Source: Spirochaetia bacterium
Lineage (GTDB): Bacteria > Spirochaetota > Spirochaetia > SZUA-6 > Bin103
NCBI GenBank assembly: GCA_965203905.1
Contig: CBDBDQ010000005.1
Span: 448,001-512,000 of the forward strand
Reading direction: 5' to 3'
DNA: 64,000 nt
This document shows positions 19,222 to 28,860 of the stretch, in pieces. Below the pieces are notes generated by a model. The model did not search any database. It was given only the letters and a program-made list of their open reading frames with translations, and was not told the origin of the DNA. The position numbers and the translations under genes were made by a program. Position 1 is the stretch's first letter. Each line of letters begins with the position of its first letter.

Positions 19222-19531
19222 TGTTTCGGTTCTTGATCCAGTCCGCGGTGCGGATACGTCTCGTCGGACTTCACGTCGTCGTTCCTCATTCCAGATCTGG
19301 AAGTTCCGCGCGCGACAACAAGACACGGATCGTTCGCGGCTGCCTCGGAACCCGAGTAATCAGTCCCCGCTTTTCGAAGTGTAACACTCCTTGCCGTTGC
19401 TATCTTGTAGACGGTTAGCAGCGTATGGCGGGACGAATCCGCGATTCGACTATAGCAACGAGTATCGACGATTGCTATGGCGGCGTAGGCGACCACGCAA
19501 CGATGGGATGGTCTGCCCAATGGACAGCCTC

Positions 19532-20467
19532 CTACGCCTTTTTCGCCGGCTCGCGGCCCAGGCGGCCGCCGCCGCCCCTCAGCCGCGGGTCGAGCAGGTC
19601 CCGCACCGCGTCGCCGAACATGTTCAGGCTGTAGACCAGCACGGTCAGGAAGATACCGGGCCAGAACGCCAGCCACGGCGCCTGTTCCATGTACTCGCGC
19701 CCTTCGCGGCTCAGCATACCACCCCAGCTGGGAACCTCCAGTGGCAGACCGAAGCCGAGAAAGCTCAGCGAGGCCTCACTGATGATCACCGCACCGATGT
19801 TGATGCTGAAGACGATGATTACGGGAGCGACGATGTTGGGCACGACGTGCCACACGAGCGTCCTCCACCGCGAGGACCCAATCGCCTCGGCCGCCTGAAA
19901 GTAGACATTCTCCTTGATGGCGATGACGGCGCTTCTGACCACTCTCGATCCGCCGATGCCGCCGGTTACCCCGAGGACCACGATGGTCTGCACCAGCCCC
20001 TGCCCCACGATGGACATGATGGTCAACAGGATCAGCAGTCCGGGTATCGATATCCAGGCATCGACGAATCGTTGGGTCGCCAAGTCCACCTTACCGCCAA
20101 CGAAGCCGGAGGCACCGCCGATCACCATGGCGACCACGACGTTGAGGGCGGTCGCGGCCAGGCCAACGGTCAGCGAAACACGCGCGCCGTAGATCAGGCG
20201 GGTCAGCAGGTCGCGTCCGACATGATCGGTGCCGAGCAGAAAGCGCGCCGAGGGGCCGCTGAGCCGATCGGCCAGGCTCATCTCCAGCATTCCGTGGGGA
20301 GCCAGCACGTCGGCGAAGATGGCGGTCAGCGCGAACAGCACGATGATGATCCCACTGGCGGTTCCCAGCGGCTTCTCCTTCCACAGCCGAGCGAAGAAGT
20401 AGGCGGCGCCGGTGCGGGTCTTCGGCTCGCTGGGAGCGCTCACCGCGGTGGTCTGTCTGTCACTCAT
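19532..20467 (-). CDS. Peptide/nickel ABC transporter permease (DppC/OppC-like)
   Basis: LGTDHVGRD..YGARVSL, EAA loop, EASLSFLGFG. Confidence 0.93.
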   Translation of the reverse strand: MSDRQTTAVSAPSEPKTRTGAAYFFARLWKEKPLGTASGIIIVLFALTAIFADVLAPHGMLEMSLADRLSGPSARFLLGTDHVGRDLLTRLIYGARVSLTVGLAATALNVVVAMVIGGASGFVGGKVDLATQRFVDAWISIPGLLILLTIMSIVGQGLVQTIVVLGVTGGIGGSRVVRSAVIAIKENVYFQAAEAIGSSRWRTLVWHVVPNIVAPVIIVFSINIGAVIISEASLSFLGFGLPLEVPSWGGMLSREGREYMEQAPWLAFWPGIFLTVLVYSLNMFGDAVRDLLDPRLRGGGGRLGREPAKKA

Positions 20468-21416
20468 AGCGGATTCTCGGATCGAGGAACCCGTACGTCA
20501 GGTCGATGAGCACGTTCCCCACCACGACGAAGCTGCCGAACAGCAGGTTGATTCCCGAGACCACCGTGTAGTCTCGGTCTTCGAGAGCATTCAGCATCAG
20601 ACGCCCCAGCCCAGGCAGGTTGAAGATGTTCTCCATGATGACCGAGCCGCCCACCAGGATGGGCAGCTGCAAGCCCACCAGCGTAATCACCGGAATGATG
20701 GCGTTCTTGACCGCGTGCCGCACGACCACCGCCCGCTCCTTCAGACCCTTGGACCAGGCGGTGCGGACATAGTCCTGCCGCAGCACCTCCAACATCATGG
20801 TGCGTGTCATCCGCATGGTGGCCGCGGCCATCGCCGTTCCCAGGATGGCGCCGGGAATGATGAACATCCCCAGGTTCCCCAGCGGGTCGGCGCTGAACCG
20901 GATGAGGCGCATCGGCGGCGACCAGCCCCACCAGATTGCCGGGTAGAGCATGACCATCAGCGCCAGCCAGAAGTTGGGCGTTGCCAGGCCGATGACGGCA
21001 ACCGAGCGTCCCACGTAGTCGGGGGCGGTATCCTGGCGGATCGCCGAGTAGATGCCCACCGGCAGTGCGATCAGCAGCCCGATCACCAGCGCCGTCGCGC
21101 CGAGCTGAATCGTCACCGGCAACCTACCCGCTATCTTCTCGTTTACGGAGAAGCGGCCGAGCAGGGATTGACCCAGGCTCCCGTGCAGCACGATGTCGCC
21201 CAGCCAGCGCGCGTACTGCACGGGAATGGGCTGGTCCAAGCCGAGCTTGCGCTCGAGAGCTTCGCGGTCGATCTCGCCGGCGGTGAAGGCGTAGTCCGCC
21301 TGCATGGCGTCGATGACATCGCCGGGGATGAACCGGACCAGCAGAAAGACGATCATGCTCAGGATCAGGAGCGTAGGGACGACCAGCAGCACCCTTCTGA
21401 TGACGTACGCTCTCAT
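20460..21416 (-). CDS. Peptide/nickel ABC transporter permease (DppB/OppB-like)
   Basis: PGD..QY.RWL..G.LG.S, DYVRTAWSKGL, LDPRIRY. Confidence 0.93.
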   Translation of the reverse strand: MRAYVIRRVLLVVPTLLILSMIVFLLVRFIPGDVIDAMQADYAFTAGEIDREALERKLGLDQPIPVQYARWLGDIVLHGSLGQSLLGRFSVNEKIAGRLPVTIQLGATALVIGLLIALPVGIYSAIRQDTAPDYVGRSVAVIGLATPNFWLALMVMLYPAIWWGWSPPMRLIRFSADPLGNLGMFIIPGAILGTAMAAATMRMTRTMMLEVLRQDYVRTAWSKGLKERAVVVRHAVKNAIIPVITLVGLQLPILVGGSVIMENIFNLPGLGRLMLNALEDRDYTVVSGINLLFGSFVVVGNVLIDLTYGFLDPRIRYE

Positions 21417-21457
21417 GGCAGATACCTGGCTGTTATCACGCGGCGTGCGGAGATGAG

Positions 21458-21497
21458 AGGGGAGCCGGGAAGCCTGCGCGAGGCTCCCGACTCCCTC
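21458..21497 (-). terminator. Stem-loop between the SBP and permease genes (mRNA stabiliser/partial terminator)
   Basis: Imperfect inverted repeat GGGAGCCGGGAAGCCT-gcgcg-AGGCTCCCGACTCCC. Confidence 0.55.
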
Positions 21498-21531
21498 GTG
21501 TACAGATCAGGCGGAGAAGGGGCGCGGGGCG

Positions 21532-23301
21532 CTAGCCGCCCATTTCCCTTTTCAGCGCCTGATCGATCCAGAGGCGGGCATAGACGGCGTTCTTGTTCCA
21601 GACCCCCATGTAGAAGTCACCGTCGAAGCCCTGCAGCCACGGCTGGGTGACGTTGAACCATGGATTCAGGCCTCCCCACATGAAGATGTGGTTCTCTACG
21701 AGCCAGTAATCGGCCTCTCTCGCGAGCCGCTGATATTCCTCCGCGGTGGCAGCCACTTTCAGTGCCTCGAACAGCGCGTCGTACTCCGGGTCACTGAGTC
21801 CTGGGACGTTGTTGGGGTGGCCCGACGACGTGGCGTTCAGAATTACCAGAGGGCGATACGGAGTGCCCTGACTCCAGTTGCCGAGGCCGTCATACTCGCC
21901 CTTGCCACCCCCGAAGCTGGCCTGGAACGTAGGCCAATCCTGTTGCCGGATCTCGACCTGGACCCCGATCTCGGCAAGGTAGCCCTGGACGATCTCACGA
22001 TGCCCGATGCTCTGGGGGTTGGTGATCATGTCGCTGATCGTGAATCGGATGCCGTCGGCGCCGCGCGGATACCCGGCCTCGTCGAGGAGCTTCTCGGCAG
22101 CTTCCGGGTCGTACCGGTAGTACTGCCTGACCTCCTCGGGCCACTCAGCAAACGGAATCGCAAACCCGGTGAACGGCTGTATCGACCCCATGGGTTCGGG
22201 CCGCATCCAACCCTTGTAGTAGGTGTTGTTGATGGTTTCGAGGTCGACCGCCATCTGTATGGCGTGGCGCACGCGGATGTCGTCGAAGGGTGGCTTGGTC
22301 ACGTTGAAGGCAGCGCTCTCCCCCGCCCGAAAATAGTACGGGTTCACCCTCAGCTCGGGGTTGCTCCGCTGCAGGCTGTCGATCGGGTCCACCGTCTGAA
22401 AATGTCCCCGGCCGTTGTGAGCAAGGTAGTCGATCTGGCCGGTACGCATGGCCGAGATGCGTGTCGCTTGGTCTGGCATGATCAGTCTGACCAGCTCGTC
22501 GATGTAGGGCAGGCGGTTCTCGGGGTACTTCTCGTCGTGGCCCCAGTAGTCGGGATTCTTGACCCAGGTGATGGCGCTGCCGTCGACCCAGTCCGTCAAC
22601 ATGAAGGGACCGGTACCGACCAGGTTCCTCCAGTCGGCGACGTCGCCGTGCTGCTCGATCACCTCGGGCGCGTTTACGAACCCCATACTGTCCTCGATCA
22701 GCACCAACAGCGCATCGAGGGGTGGATCGACCAGCTTGACCTCGACCGTGTATCTGTCGGTGGCGGTGACCGATTCCCATGACAGGTCGGGGTATCGGGT
22801 GTTCTTGTCGCTGGTGCGCCAGCGCGCGATGTTGTACACCACGTCGTCGGCCGTCAGCTCGCGACCGTTCATCGGTGCCTTGTCGTGCCAGCGAACGCCC
22901 TGACGGATGTGGAAGATATAGGTCGAAGGGTCGGGGATGTCCCAGCTTTCGGCCAGAGCGCCGATAAACTGGTCCTCGAGCAGGAACTCGTTCGCGAGAT
23001 TGTTCACGCTCCGATCTATGCCCCAGTTGGCGATGCTGAGCTTCTCGACCACGCCGCTGGCGGCAGCTCCTGCCCCGATATCACCGACCATCGCGTCGGA
23101 GTTCGGAGGCTCCCACGAGGAGCCGTACGTCAACGTCCCACCATACTCCGGCGCCGTGTACACCTTGCCGTTGGTGGGGTCGGTGACGTACTTCTTGTCG
23201 GCCGCGGCTGCCGCGCCGGCGCTCTCGTCTTCGCCGGCGGCGAACGAAACGGTGGCCGCCAGCGCGAACGCCAGTGCCATCGATACGAATCTGGAAACCA
23301 T
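21532..23301 (-). CDS. ABC substrate-binding protein, family 5
   Basis: Signal peptide, YGGTLT, LAESW, GTGPF and PFDDIRVRHAI; GGAGG Shine-Dalgarno. Confidence 0.93.
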   Translation of the reverse strand: MVSRFVSMALAFALAATVSFAAGEDESAGAAAAADKKYVTDPTNGKVYTAPEYGGTLTYGSSWEPPNSDAMVGDIGAGAAASGVVEKLSIANWGIDRSVNNLANEFLLEDQFIGALAESWDIPDPSTYIFHIRQGVRWHDKAPMNGRELTADDVVYNIARWRTSDKNTRYPDLSWESVTATDRYTVEVKLVDPPLDALLVLIEDSMGFVNAPEVIEQHGDVADWRNLVGTGPFMLTDWVDGSAITWVKNPDYWGHDEKYPENRLPYIDELVRLIMPDQATRISAMRTGQIDYLAHNGRGHFQTVDPIDSLQRSNPELRVNPYYFRAGESAAFNVTKPPFDDIRVRHAIQMAVDLETINNTYYKGWMRPEPMGSIQPFTGFAIPFAEWPEEVRQYYRYDPEAAEKLLDEAGYPRGADGIRFTISDMITNPQSIGHREIVQGYLAEIGVQVEIRQQDWPTFQASFGGGKGEYDGLGNWSQGTPYRPLVILNATSSGHPNNVPGLSDPEYDALFEALKVAATAEEYQRLAREADYWLVENHIFMWGGLNPWFNVTQPWLQGFDGDFYMGVWNKNAVYARLWIDQALKREMGG

Positions 23302-23546
23302 ACTGGTTCCTCCTCTCGGGTCGCCATGGGGCGACCCATTAGTGCGCTTGCTGCCGGCAACGCCGGCCGGTGTGGCTGGTGGATGAGGGAGATGCGGGGG
23401 GCTGGCCGAGGCAGTGGAACGGTGGATGTGCGGACCTATGGCCGCCGCCGCTCGGCGGATCGATGGTGCCGCGGTCAACACCGCGCCGCGCACTCGGCCG
23501 TCGCGTGGTTGGCTCGGGCAGTTAGCGGCGCGCGGTAGTCGGGACC

Positions 23547-23590
23547 GGGTAGTCGGGTAGTCGGGTAGTCGGGTAGTCGGGTAGTCGGGT
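23547..23590. repeat. Tandem 8-mer (GGGTAGTC)x5.5
   Basis: Counted directly; a degenerate extra copy lies at 23534-23540. Confidence 0.95.
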
Positions 23591-23619
23591 GTATCATGTC
23601 GTCACCCATTACCCGTGCC

Positions 23620-23648
23620 AGTGTAGACGGCCCGCCCGGGTAGTGCAA
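23620..23648 (-). promoter_or_regulatory. Sigma70-type promoter for the SBP operon
   Basis: Minus strand TTGCAC-17 nt-TACACT. Confidence 0.65.
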
Positions 23649-23804
23649 GCACAAGCGACGCGGCAGTAATTCTACGACCCGATTACTCCAGGGCGGGTAG
23701 CGGTACCGGGGCGCCGGTGTCGAGGCTGCGATAGATCGCCGCCACCAGCTGCACCGCCTTCCTCGACTCCGGGCCGTTGCTCAACGGGGTGGCGCCGGTT
23801 CGCA

Positions 23805-23887
23805 GGAATCACCTTGATGAACGGCTTGTTCATGAATTGGAGGACGCGCTCGGTATACAGCGGTCGCGGGATCAGGTTCAGAATCAC
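23805..23887 (-). pseudogene. N-terminal fragment of an AAA_14-type ATPase
   Basis: IPRPLYTERVLQFMNKPFIKVI, truncated just before the expected Walker A motif. Confidence 0.55.
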
Positions 23888-23995
23888 TCTCCTATACGGG
23901 AACCTTCCTCAGATTATCACAGAAGAAACGCCGCCGCCGCTATCGGCCCCCGGCTGTCCGCCGCACCGTCGCACCGCCACCAACCGGCGCAGCAT

Positions 23996-24050
23996 TTGGC
24001 GCAAGATTGGCGCAAGATTGGCGCAAGCCGTGGCGCAAGATTGGCACAAG
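23996..24050. repeat. Five copies of TGGCRCAAG at ~11-bp period
   Basis: TTGGCGCAAGA units read directly. Confidence 0.92.
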
Positions 24051-24051
24051 C

Positions 24052-24150
24052 CTACACACCGGCAACGGACGGGCGGTACTCCAAGCGGCTCGTGCGCCCC
24101 GAGCGCAAGAGCAGGCCCTTGTCGACCAGGACCTTGAGGTCACGCTGCAG
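24052..24150 (-). pseudogene. C-terminal winged-HTH remnant (Fic/DeoR-like)
   Basis: Hand translation gives LQRDLKVLVDKGLLLRSGRTSRLEYRPSVAGV*. Confidence 0.55.
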
Positions 24151-24286
24151 CAGTTCGATCAGCACCGGACGCGCCTGGTCGGGGCCGGTGAGCGGCGCGG
24201 GAAACGGCAGCCGGGCCAGCCGCGGTCCGGGCGGGGGTGTGGACGCGCAGAGTCACGCCGGAGCGGTCCTGCGGCCGCTGAGGCCG

Positions 24287-25717
24287 TCAACTATCGAGCA
24301 GCCAAGCCAGCAGCGCTACCGGAATGGCTGCAACCTCGGGATCGTCGAGGTTCAACTCGGAGCGCGTGGCCACAATGCCGCGCCATCCGGAGGCAGCCAG
24401 CGTCTGCGCGTCCCGCCGCCAACGGCCGTCGACGTACTTCGACTCGATGGCCCAGCCGCCAAGTTCGGGACCGACGAAATCGATCTCCTTTCGGGTGGGG
24501 GTTCGATGGTACAGAACGCGGTCGAAGCCCAGGTAGCTGCCCGGTCGCTCGCGCTCAAGACTGCGCCAGAGCGCCAACCCAAGTTGCTGTTCGGACAGGA
24601 CGGTTGCGTCGGGGGGCACGTCGACCTCGAGTCGTGCGTAGACCGGATCGGTAAAGTAGACCTTCGCCTGCGCGCTCAGCTTCGGTCGTAATGCATCCTC
24701 CCGGTAACAGGGCCACACCACGAACGATTCCCGCAACTCATCGAGTCGCCGGCGGACGCTGGACGACGACACACCGACGTCCTCGGCCACCGCGGAGATG
24801 TTGATCGGCGCGCACAAGGCCTGCGCAATGCGGTGCATGAATCTGGCGGTCTGTGCCCGCGACCAGTCGGCACGCCGGAACGCGTCGCCGTGAACCACGT
24901 CGACCAGCCCGCGGACCAACGGCGGGGCAACCTCCCGCGCGGCGATGTAGCTCGCCACGGCTGCCGGGAAGCCTCCGGCCAGGAGGTATCCCTCCCACGC
25001 CTCGACCAGCACGTCCAGCCAGGGTGCCAAGGCATGCGCCGCATCCGTCAGCAGGCGTGGGGTCAGGTCGGCCACGCGCAGCGGACCGATACCGGTGCTC
25101 ACCGGCTCGTCCGCGATCAGCCGCGTGAAGGTCCGGAATCCCATCGGCAGCAACACGCGTTCGGGATCACCGGCCGTACCGCGTCTGCCGGCGAGCGCCT
25201 TGATCGACGCTGTGAGGTCGCTTGCCGATGAGCCCGTGAGCACGACCGTGTCGTTGCGGAACTGGGCATCGTTGTCGCGCAGCCACTTGATCCGTTCGGG
25301 CCAGCCGTCCGTAATCCCGGTGATCTCGTCGATGAACCAGCACCGCCGGCCGCCGCGCGGCGTCAGCAGCCCTGCGGCACTCACCAGCCGCCCCAGATCT
25401 GCGGCCTGCCAGCCGTCGACCGCGGCGTGCACGATGCCGCGGGGCGCGGTCCCGGAGGCAATCAGCGCCTCGATGGTGCGTTTGATCTCCACCGACTTGC
25501 CGACGCGCCGTGGACCGCGCAGCACGTACAGGCCGCCCGGGACCAAGTCGTCGAGGACACCGGCAGCGTAGCGAAACGGCGCACCATCGGCCTCCCGCAG
25601 ATCGGGGTCGTCCCGCGGCCAGTCACGCGGATTGCGCCACCACCGGTTGGTGGCAGCCAACATCTGTTGGACCTCACCCTGCTTCACGAACCTGCTCCCG
25701 GAACCGCTGTCCGCCAC
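24287..25717 (-). CDS. AAA_14 ATPase with DUF4143/PD-(D/E)XK C-terminus
   Basis: GPRRVGKS, FIDEI, LTGSS, GGFP, KVYFTD and EIDFV..IESK. Confidence 0.9.
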   Translation of the reverse strand: MADSGSGSRFVKQGEVQQMLAATNRWWRNPRDWPRDDPDLREADGAPFRYAAGVLDDLVPGGLYVLRGPRRVGKSVEIKRTIEALIASGTAPRGIVHAAVDGWQAADLGRLVSAAGLLTPRGGRRCWFIDEITGITDGWPERIKWLRDNDAQFRNDTVVLTGSSASDLTASIKALAGRRGTAGDPERVLLPMGFRTFTRLIADEPVSTGIGPLRVADLTPRLLTDAAHALAPWLDVLVEAWEGYLLAGGFPAAVASYIAAREVAPPLVRGLVDVVHGDAFRRADWSRAQTARFMHRIAQALCAPINISAVAEDVGVSSSSVRRRLDELRESFVVWPCYREDALRPKLSAQAKVYFTDPVYARLEVDVPPDATVLSEQQLGLALWRSLERERPGSYLGFDRVLYHRTPTRKEIDFVGPELGGWAIESKYVDGRWRRDAQTLAASGWRGIVATRSELNLDDPEVAAIPVALLAWLLDS

Positions 25718-25726
25718 GATGCGGTG

Positions 25727-25775
25727 GAAAAAGTATACTTAACATAACATCTACATCTGTTAATGTATACTTTTC
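25727..25775. promoter_or_regulatory. AT-rich inverted repeat (operator-like)
   Basis: AAAAGTATAC-TTAACA ... TGTTAA-T-GTATACTTTT, about 10 nt upstream of the ATPase start. Confidence 0.65.
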
Positions 25776-26199
25776 AAGCTGCCAAGCTGCCGTACCGATT
25801 ACTCACACCTTCTGGGTATAGCCGGCCAGTTTGACCACCCCAAGATAACTGAAGCCAGAGACCGCGTCCGTGCAATGTGCCAGACGAAAGGTATAGCGTT
25901 CTGTTAGTGGGCTTTACCGCCCGCTCCAAGCGAGGTGAAATCATTGTTGGAGAGTGGCATTCGTTGGATAGCGTACGGTTCGGATTCATGGTTTCTGGAG
26001 CGTGAAGCGCGAAATGCGGTCGATGAGATCGCAGCTTGGCACGATTGATGAGGTGAGTGGCAGCGGCCCGGACGTTGATCGCGGAACGCACTCGTCGCAC
26101 CCTCGTCGACCGGCTCCCTACGGGATTCTCTTTTACGGCCACGGCGTGGTCGCGGCTTGGAACTCTTCGATCTTTGCCCTGTACCACTCGGCGTCGACC

Positions 26200-26345
26200 T
26201 CGGAGGTGTTCGTTCCCCTTGGCCCGGATGACCTCGGGGGCGTACATGAAGTTCATGGCCCCCTGGATGATCGCGGCAAGAGCACCGCGGCGTGGCGCTG
26301 CCAGCTTGATCACCACCGTCGAGCTGTCGGTGGCGGTCCACCAGC
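26200..26345 (-). pseudogene. Internal fragment of a family-5 SBP gene
   Basis: TATDSSTVVIKL..NFMYAPEVI matches TATDRYTVEVKL..FVNAPEVI of the SBP at 21532-23301. Confidence 0.6.
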
Positions 26346-26351
26346 GGGCGC

Positions 26352-27776
26352 TCAGAGGTCCGGATGCAGGTTGTGCCACTCTGTGGCGGCTTCGTAGGCG
26401 GCGCCAAGCCGGCACAGTAACGGTTCGCCGAGCGGTTTCCCTGCCAGTTGCAGCGACAGGGGCAATCCCTCGCTGCTTTTGCCGCAGGGCAGGGTGAGCG
26501 TCGGCGCGCCGTTGCAATCGAACGGCACCGTGAACCGCTGCAACCGATAGGATGTCTCGTCGACGACCGGTGACGAGGAACGCTGCCCCTCCGGTGTGAC
26601 CGGCAACGGGAGGTCCGGCATGGCGGGGCAGGCAAGGACGTCGATCTGCTCGAATGCCCGTCGCAGGTGCCCGGTACAGGCGGCCCGCGCGTTGTTCGCT
26701 CTGGCGTAGTCGGCACCGCTCACCTGCGCCCCCAGATCCAGCCAGCCGCGGAACCAGGGGCCATACTCGTCCCGGCGCGACGGGTAGGTGCCCCCGTGAG
26801 CGGCCACCGCCTCGGCCGTGCACAACACGGCCCACGCGGCGACGTACTCATCGAACTCGTCGATGTCGGGAAGCCGCACTTCGACGATGTGCGCGCCAAG
26901 CCCCTCGAGCATCTCGACCGCGGCTACCACCGCCACGGCAACCTGCGCCTCGACGTCCCGCACCGCGTAGCGCTCGTCGAAGCCGATGCGGACCCCCTCG
27001 ATCCGCTCGATACTCCGGTCAGGGCGTTCCAGCATGTCCGGCACCGGCGCGGGCAGCGCGGTGGGATCGTTGGGGTCCGGTCCGGCGATTGCCTGCAGCA
27101 TGATGCCGGCATCGGCGCTGCTTCGGGTCAGGGGACCGACGTGGTCCAGCGACTCGGCCAGGGCCAGCACACCGTAGCGGCTGACGCGGCCCCAGGTCGG
27201 CTTGAGACCCACCGTCCCGTTGCACGCGGCCGGGAAGCGGATCGAGCCGCCCGTATCGCTGCCGAGGGAGGCGTAGCACAGCCCGGCCGCGGTCGCCACG
27301 CCGGAGCCGCTGGAGGATGCCCCCGCCCACCGCCCGGCATCCCAGGGGTTGCAGGGGACCGGGAACGCCGGGTGGTATCCGCCCATGGCGCCTTCGGTGA
27401 GGTTGAGCTTGCCCAGCAGCACCGCGCCGGCCGCGCTCAGCCGCGTGACCACGGTGGCATCGAACTCCGGCACGTGATCGGCCAGCACCTGCGTGCCGCC
27501 CATCGTGCGCACCCCCCTGGTGAAGCACAGGTCCTTTACCGCCACCGGGACTCCGTGCAGCGGTCCGCGATAGCTGCCGGAGGCGATCTCCGCCGCGGCG
27601 CGTTCGGCAGCGGCCAGCGCCTGCTCCCCCAGTACCGTCGCGTAGCTGTGCAGACCGCTGTCGAGCCGGTCGATGCGGTCAAGCACACTCCTGGTCAGTT
27701 CGACCGGCGACAGCCGCCGCGACCTGATGAGTGGTGCGATCTCGACGATGGTGCTGTAGCGAAGGGCTTCGCTCAT
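26352..27776 (-). CDS. Amidase-signature family amidase
   Basis: GPLHGVPVAVKD, GASSSGS and GSDTGGSIRFPA. Confidence 0.93.
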   Translation of the reverse strand: MSEALRYSTIVEIAPLIRSRRLSPVELTRSVLDRIDRLDSGLHSYATVLGEQALAAAERAAAEIASGSYRGPLHGVPVAVKDLCFTRGVRTMGGTQVLADHVPEFDATVVTRLSAAGAVLLGKLNLTEGAMGGYHPAFPVPCNPWDAGRWAGASSSGSGVATAAGLCYASLGSDTGGSIRFPAACNGTVGLKPTWGRVSRYGVLALAESLDHVGPLTRSSADAGIMLQAIAGPDPNDPTALPAPVPDMLERPDRSIERIEGVRIGFDERYAVRDVEAQVAVAVVAAVEMLEGLGAHIVEVRLPDIDEFDEYVAAWAVLCTAEAVAAHGGTYPSRRDEYGPWFRGWLDLGAQVSGADYARANNARAACTGHLRRAFEQIDVLACPAMPDLPLPVTPEGQRSSSPVVDETSYRLQRFTVPFDCNGAPTLTLPCGKSSEGLPLSLQLAGKPLGEPLLCRLGAAYEAATEWHNLHPDL

Positions 27777-27912
27777 GGCCCGTTGAGTGTAATCGATCGG
27801 GCGATCCTGGTCGTGCTGGGCTACCGCCCCGACACACCCGACGCCCCCAACGCGCACCGCGCTCAGTTTTTCGGTTGACCCACAACCGGAGTGGGGTGAT
27901 CCTGGAGGCGCT

Positions 27913-28758
27913 ATGAAAGACTATCGAGACAAGGTCGCGGTGATCACCGGCGCAGGGCGCGGCATCGGCCGCGGGATCGCCCTCCGCTGTGCCAAGGAGG
28001 GGATGAAGGTCGTTCTGGCCGGATTCGGGATGGAATCCCTCACCAGGACCGCCGCTGACCTGGACGCGCTGGGGGCCGAGACGCTGATCGTCCAGACGGA
28101 TGTCTCCCAGGTAGAACAGGTGGAGAACCTGGCGGCAGCCACGGTGGGGGCCTTTGGCCACGTCGACCTGCTGGTGAACAACGCCGGGGTCGCGCAGCCG
28201 GGCAAGTCACTGGAGATCACCCTTGACGACTGGAACTGGGTAATGGGGGTCAACTTCTACGGCGTGCTCTATTGCCTGCGGGCATTCGTCCCCGGCATGA
28301 TCAAGCGGAAGCAGCCCAGCCGCGTGGTCAATGTCTCATCCCTGTCCGGCGTGCTCCCGGGGGGCGGGTCGTACGGGGTCTCGAAACATGCCGTGTTGGT
28401 CCTGACCGAGTCGCTCTATCAGGATTTGGCCGAGTCGGCGCCCCACGTCAAGGTGTCGGCGCTCTGCCCGGGTTGGGTGGCGACCGAGTTCTACCGGGTG
28501 GATCAATCTCGTCCCGAGCGTTTCAAGGGGGAGACGACCGAGGTGACCGACGAGTACCGGGAGACTTGGCGCGGGTGGCTGACCGCAGGAATCACGACCG
28601 ACCAGTTGGCCCAGATCCTGTTCGACGGCCTGGCGCGCGACCAGTTGTACATCGGCGTCCAGGGCTTCCGGGAAGCGGGGCAGGATGTCGGGGAAACGGT
28701 TAAGGCCCGGGCTCAGAATATCGTCCAGGAGAAGAACCCACCCAGCTCGTCATCCTGA
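27913..28758 (+). CDS. Short-chain dehydrogenase/reductase
   Basis: TGAGRGIG, NNAG, YGVSK. Confidence 0.93.
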   Translation: MKDYRDKVAVITGAGRGIGRGIALRCAKEGMKVVLAGFGMESLTRTAADLDALGAETLIVQTDVSQVEQVENLAAATVGAFGHVDLLVNNAGVAQPGKSLEITLDDWNWVMGVNFYGVLYCLRAFVPGMIKRKQPSRVVNVSSLSGVLPGGGSYGVSKHAVLVLTESLYQDLAESAPHVKVSALCPGWVATEFYRVDQSRPERFKGETTEVTDEYRETWRGWLTAGITTDQLAQILFDGLARDQLYIGVQGFREAGQDVGETVKARAQNIVQEKNPPSSSS

Positions 28759-28860
28759 CGGGCATGGCGCGTGGGGCGCCTGGGGGCCACGCGCCTGCGT
28801 GCGGGGCCGTGCACCCCACCGAGCAAGGCAAGGTGCGACGGGTCGGCCCCAGATGCCGGG

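Noticed and set aside
23534-24050. Short repeats as a possible CRISPR array
   Set aside because: Units are 8-11 bp with no unique spacers, and no cas genes are present.
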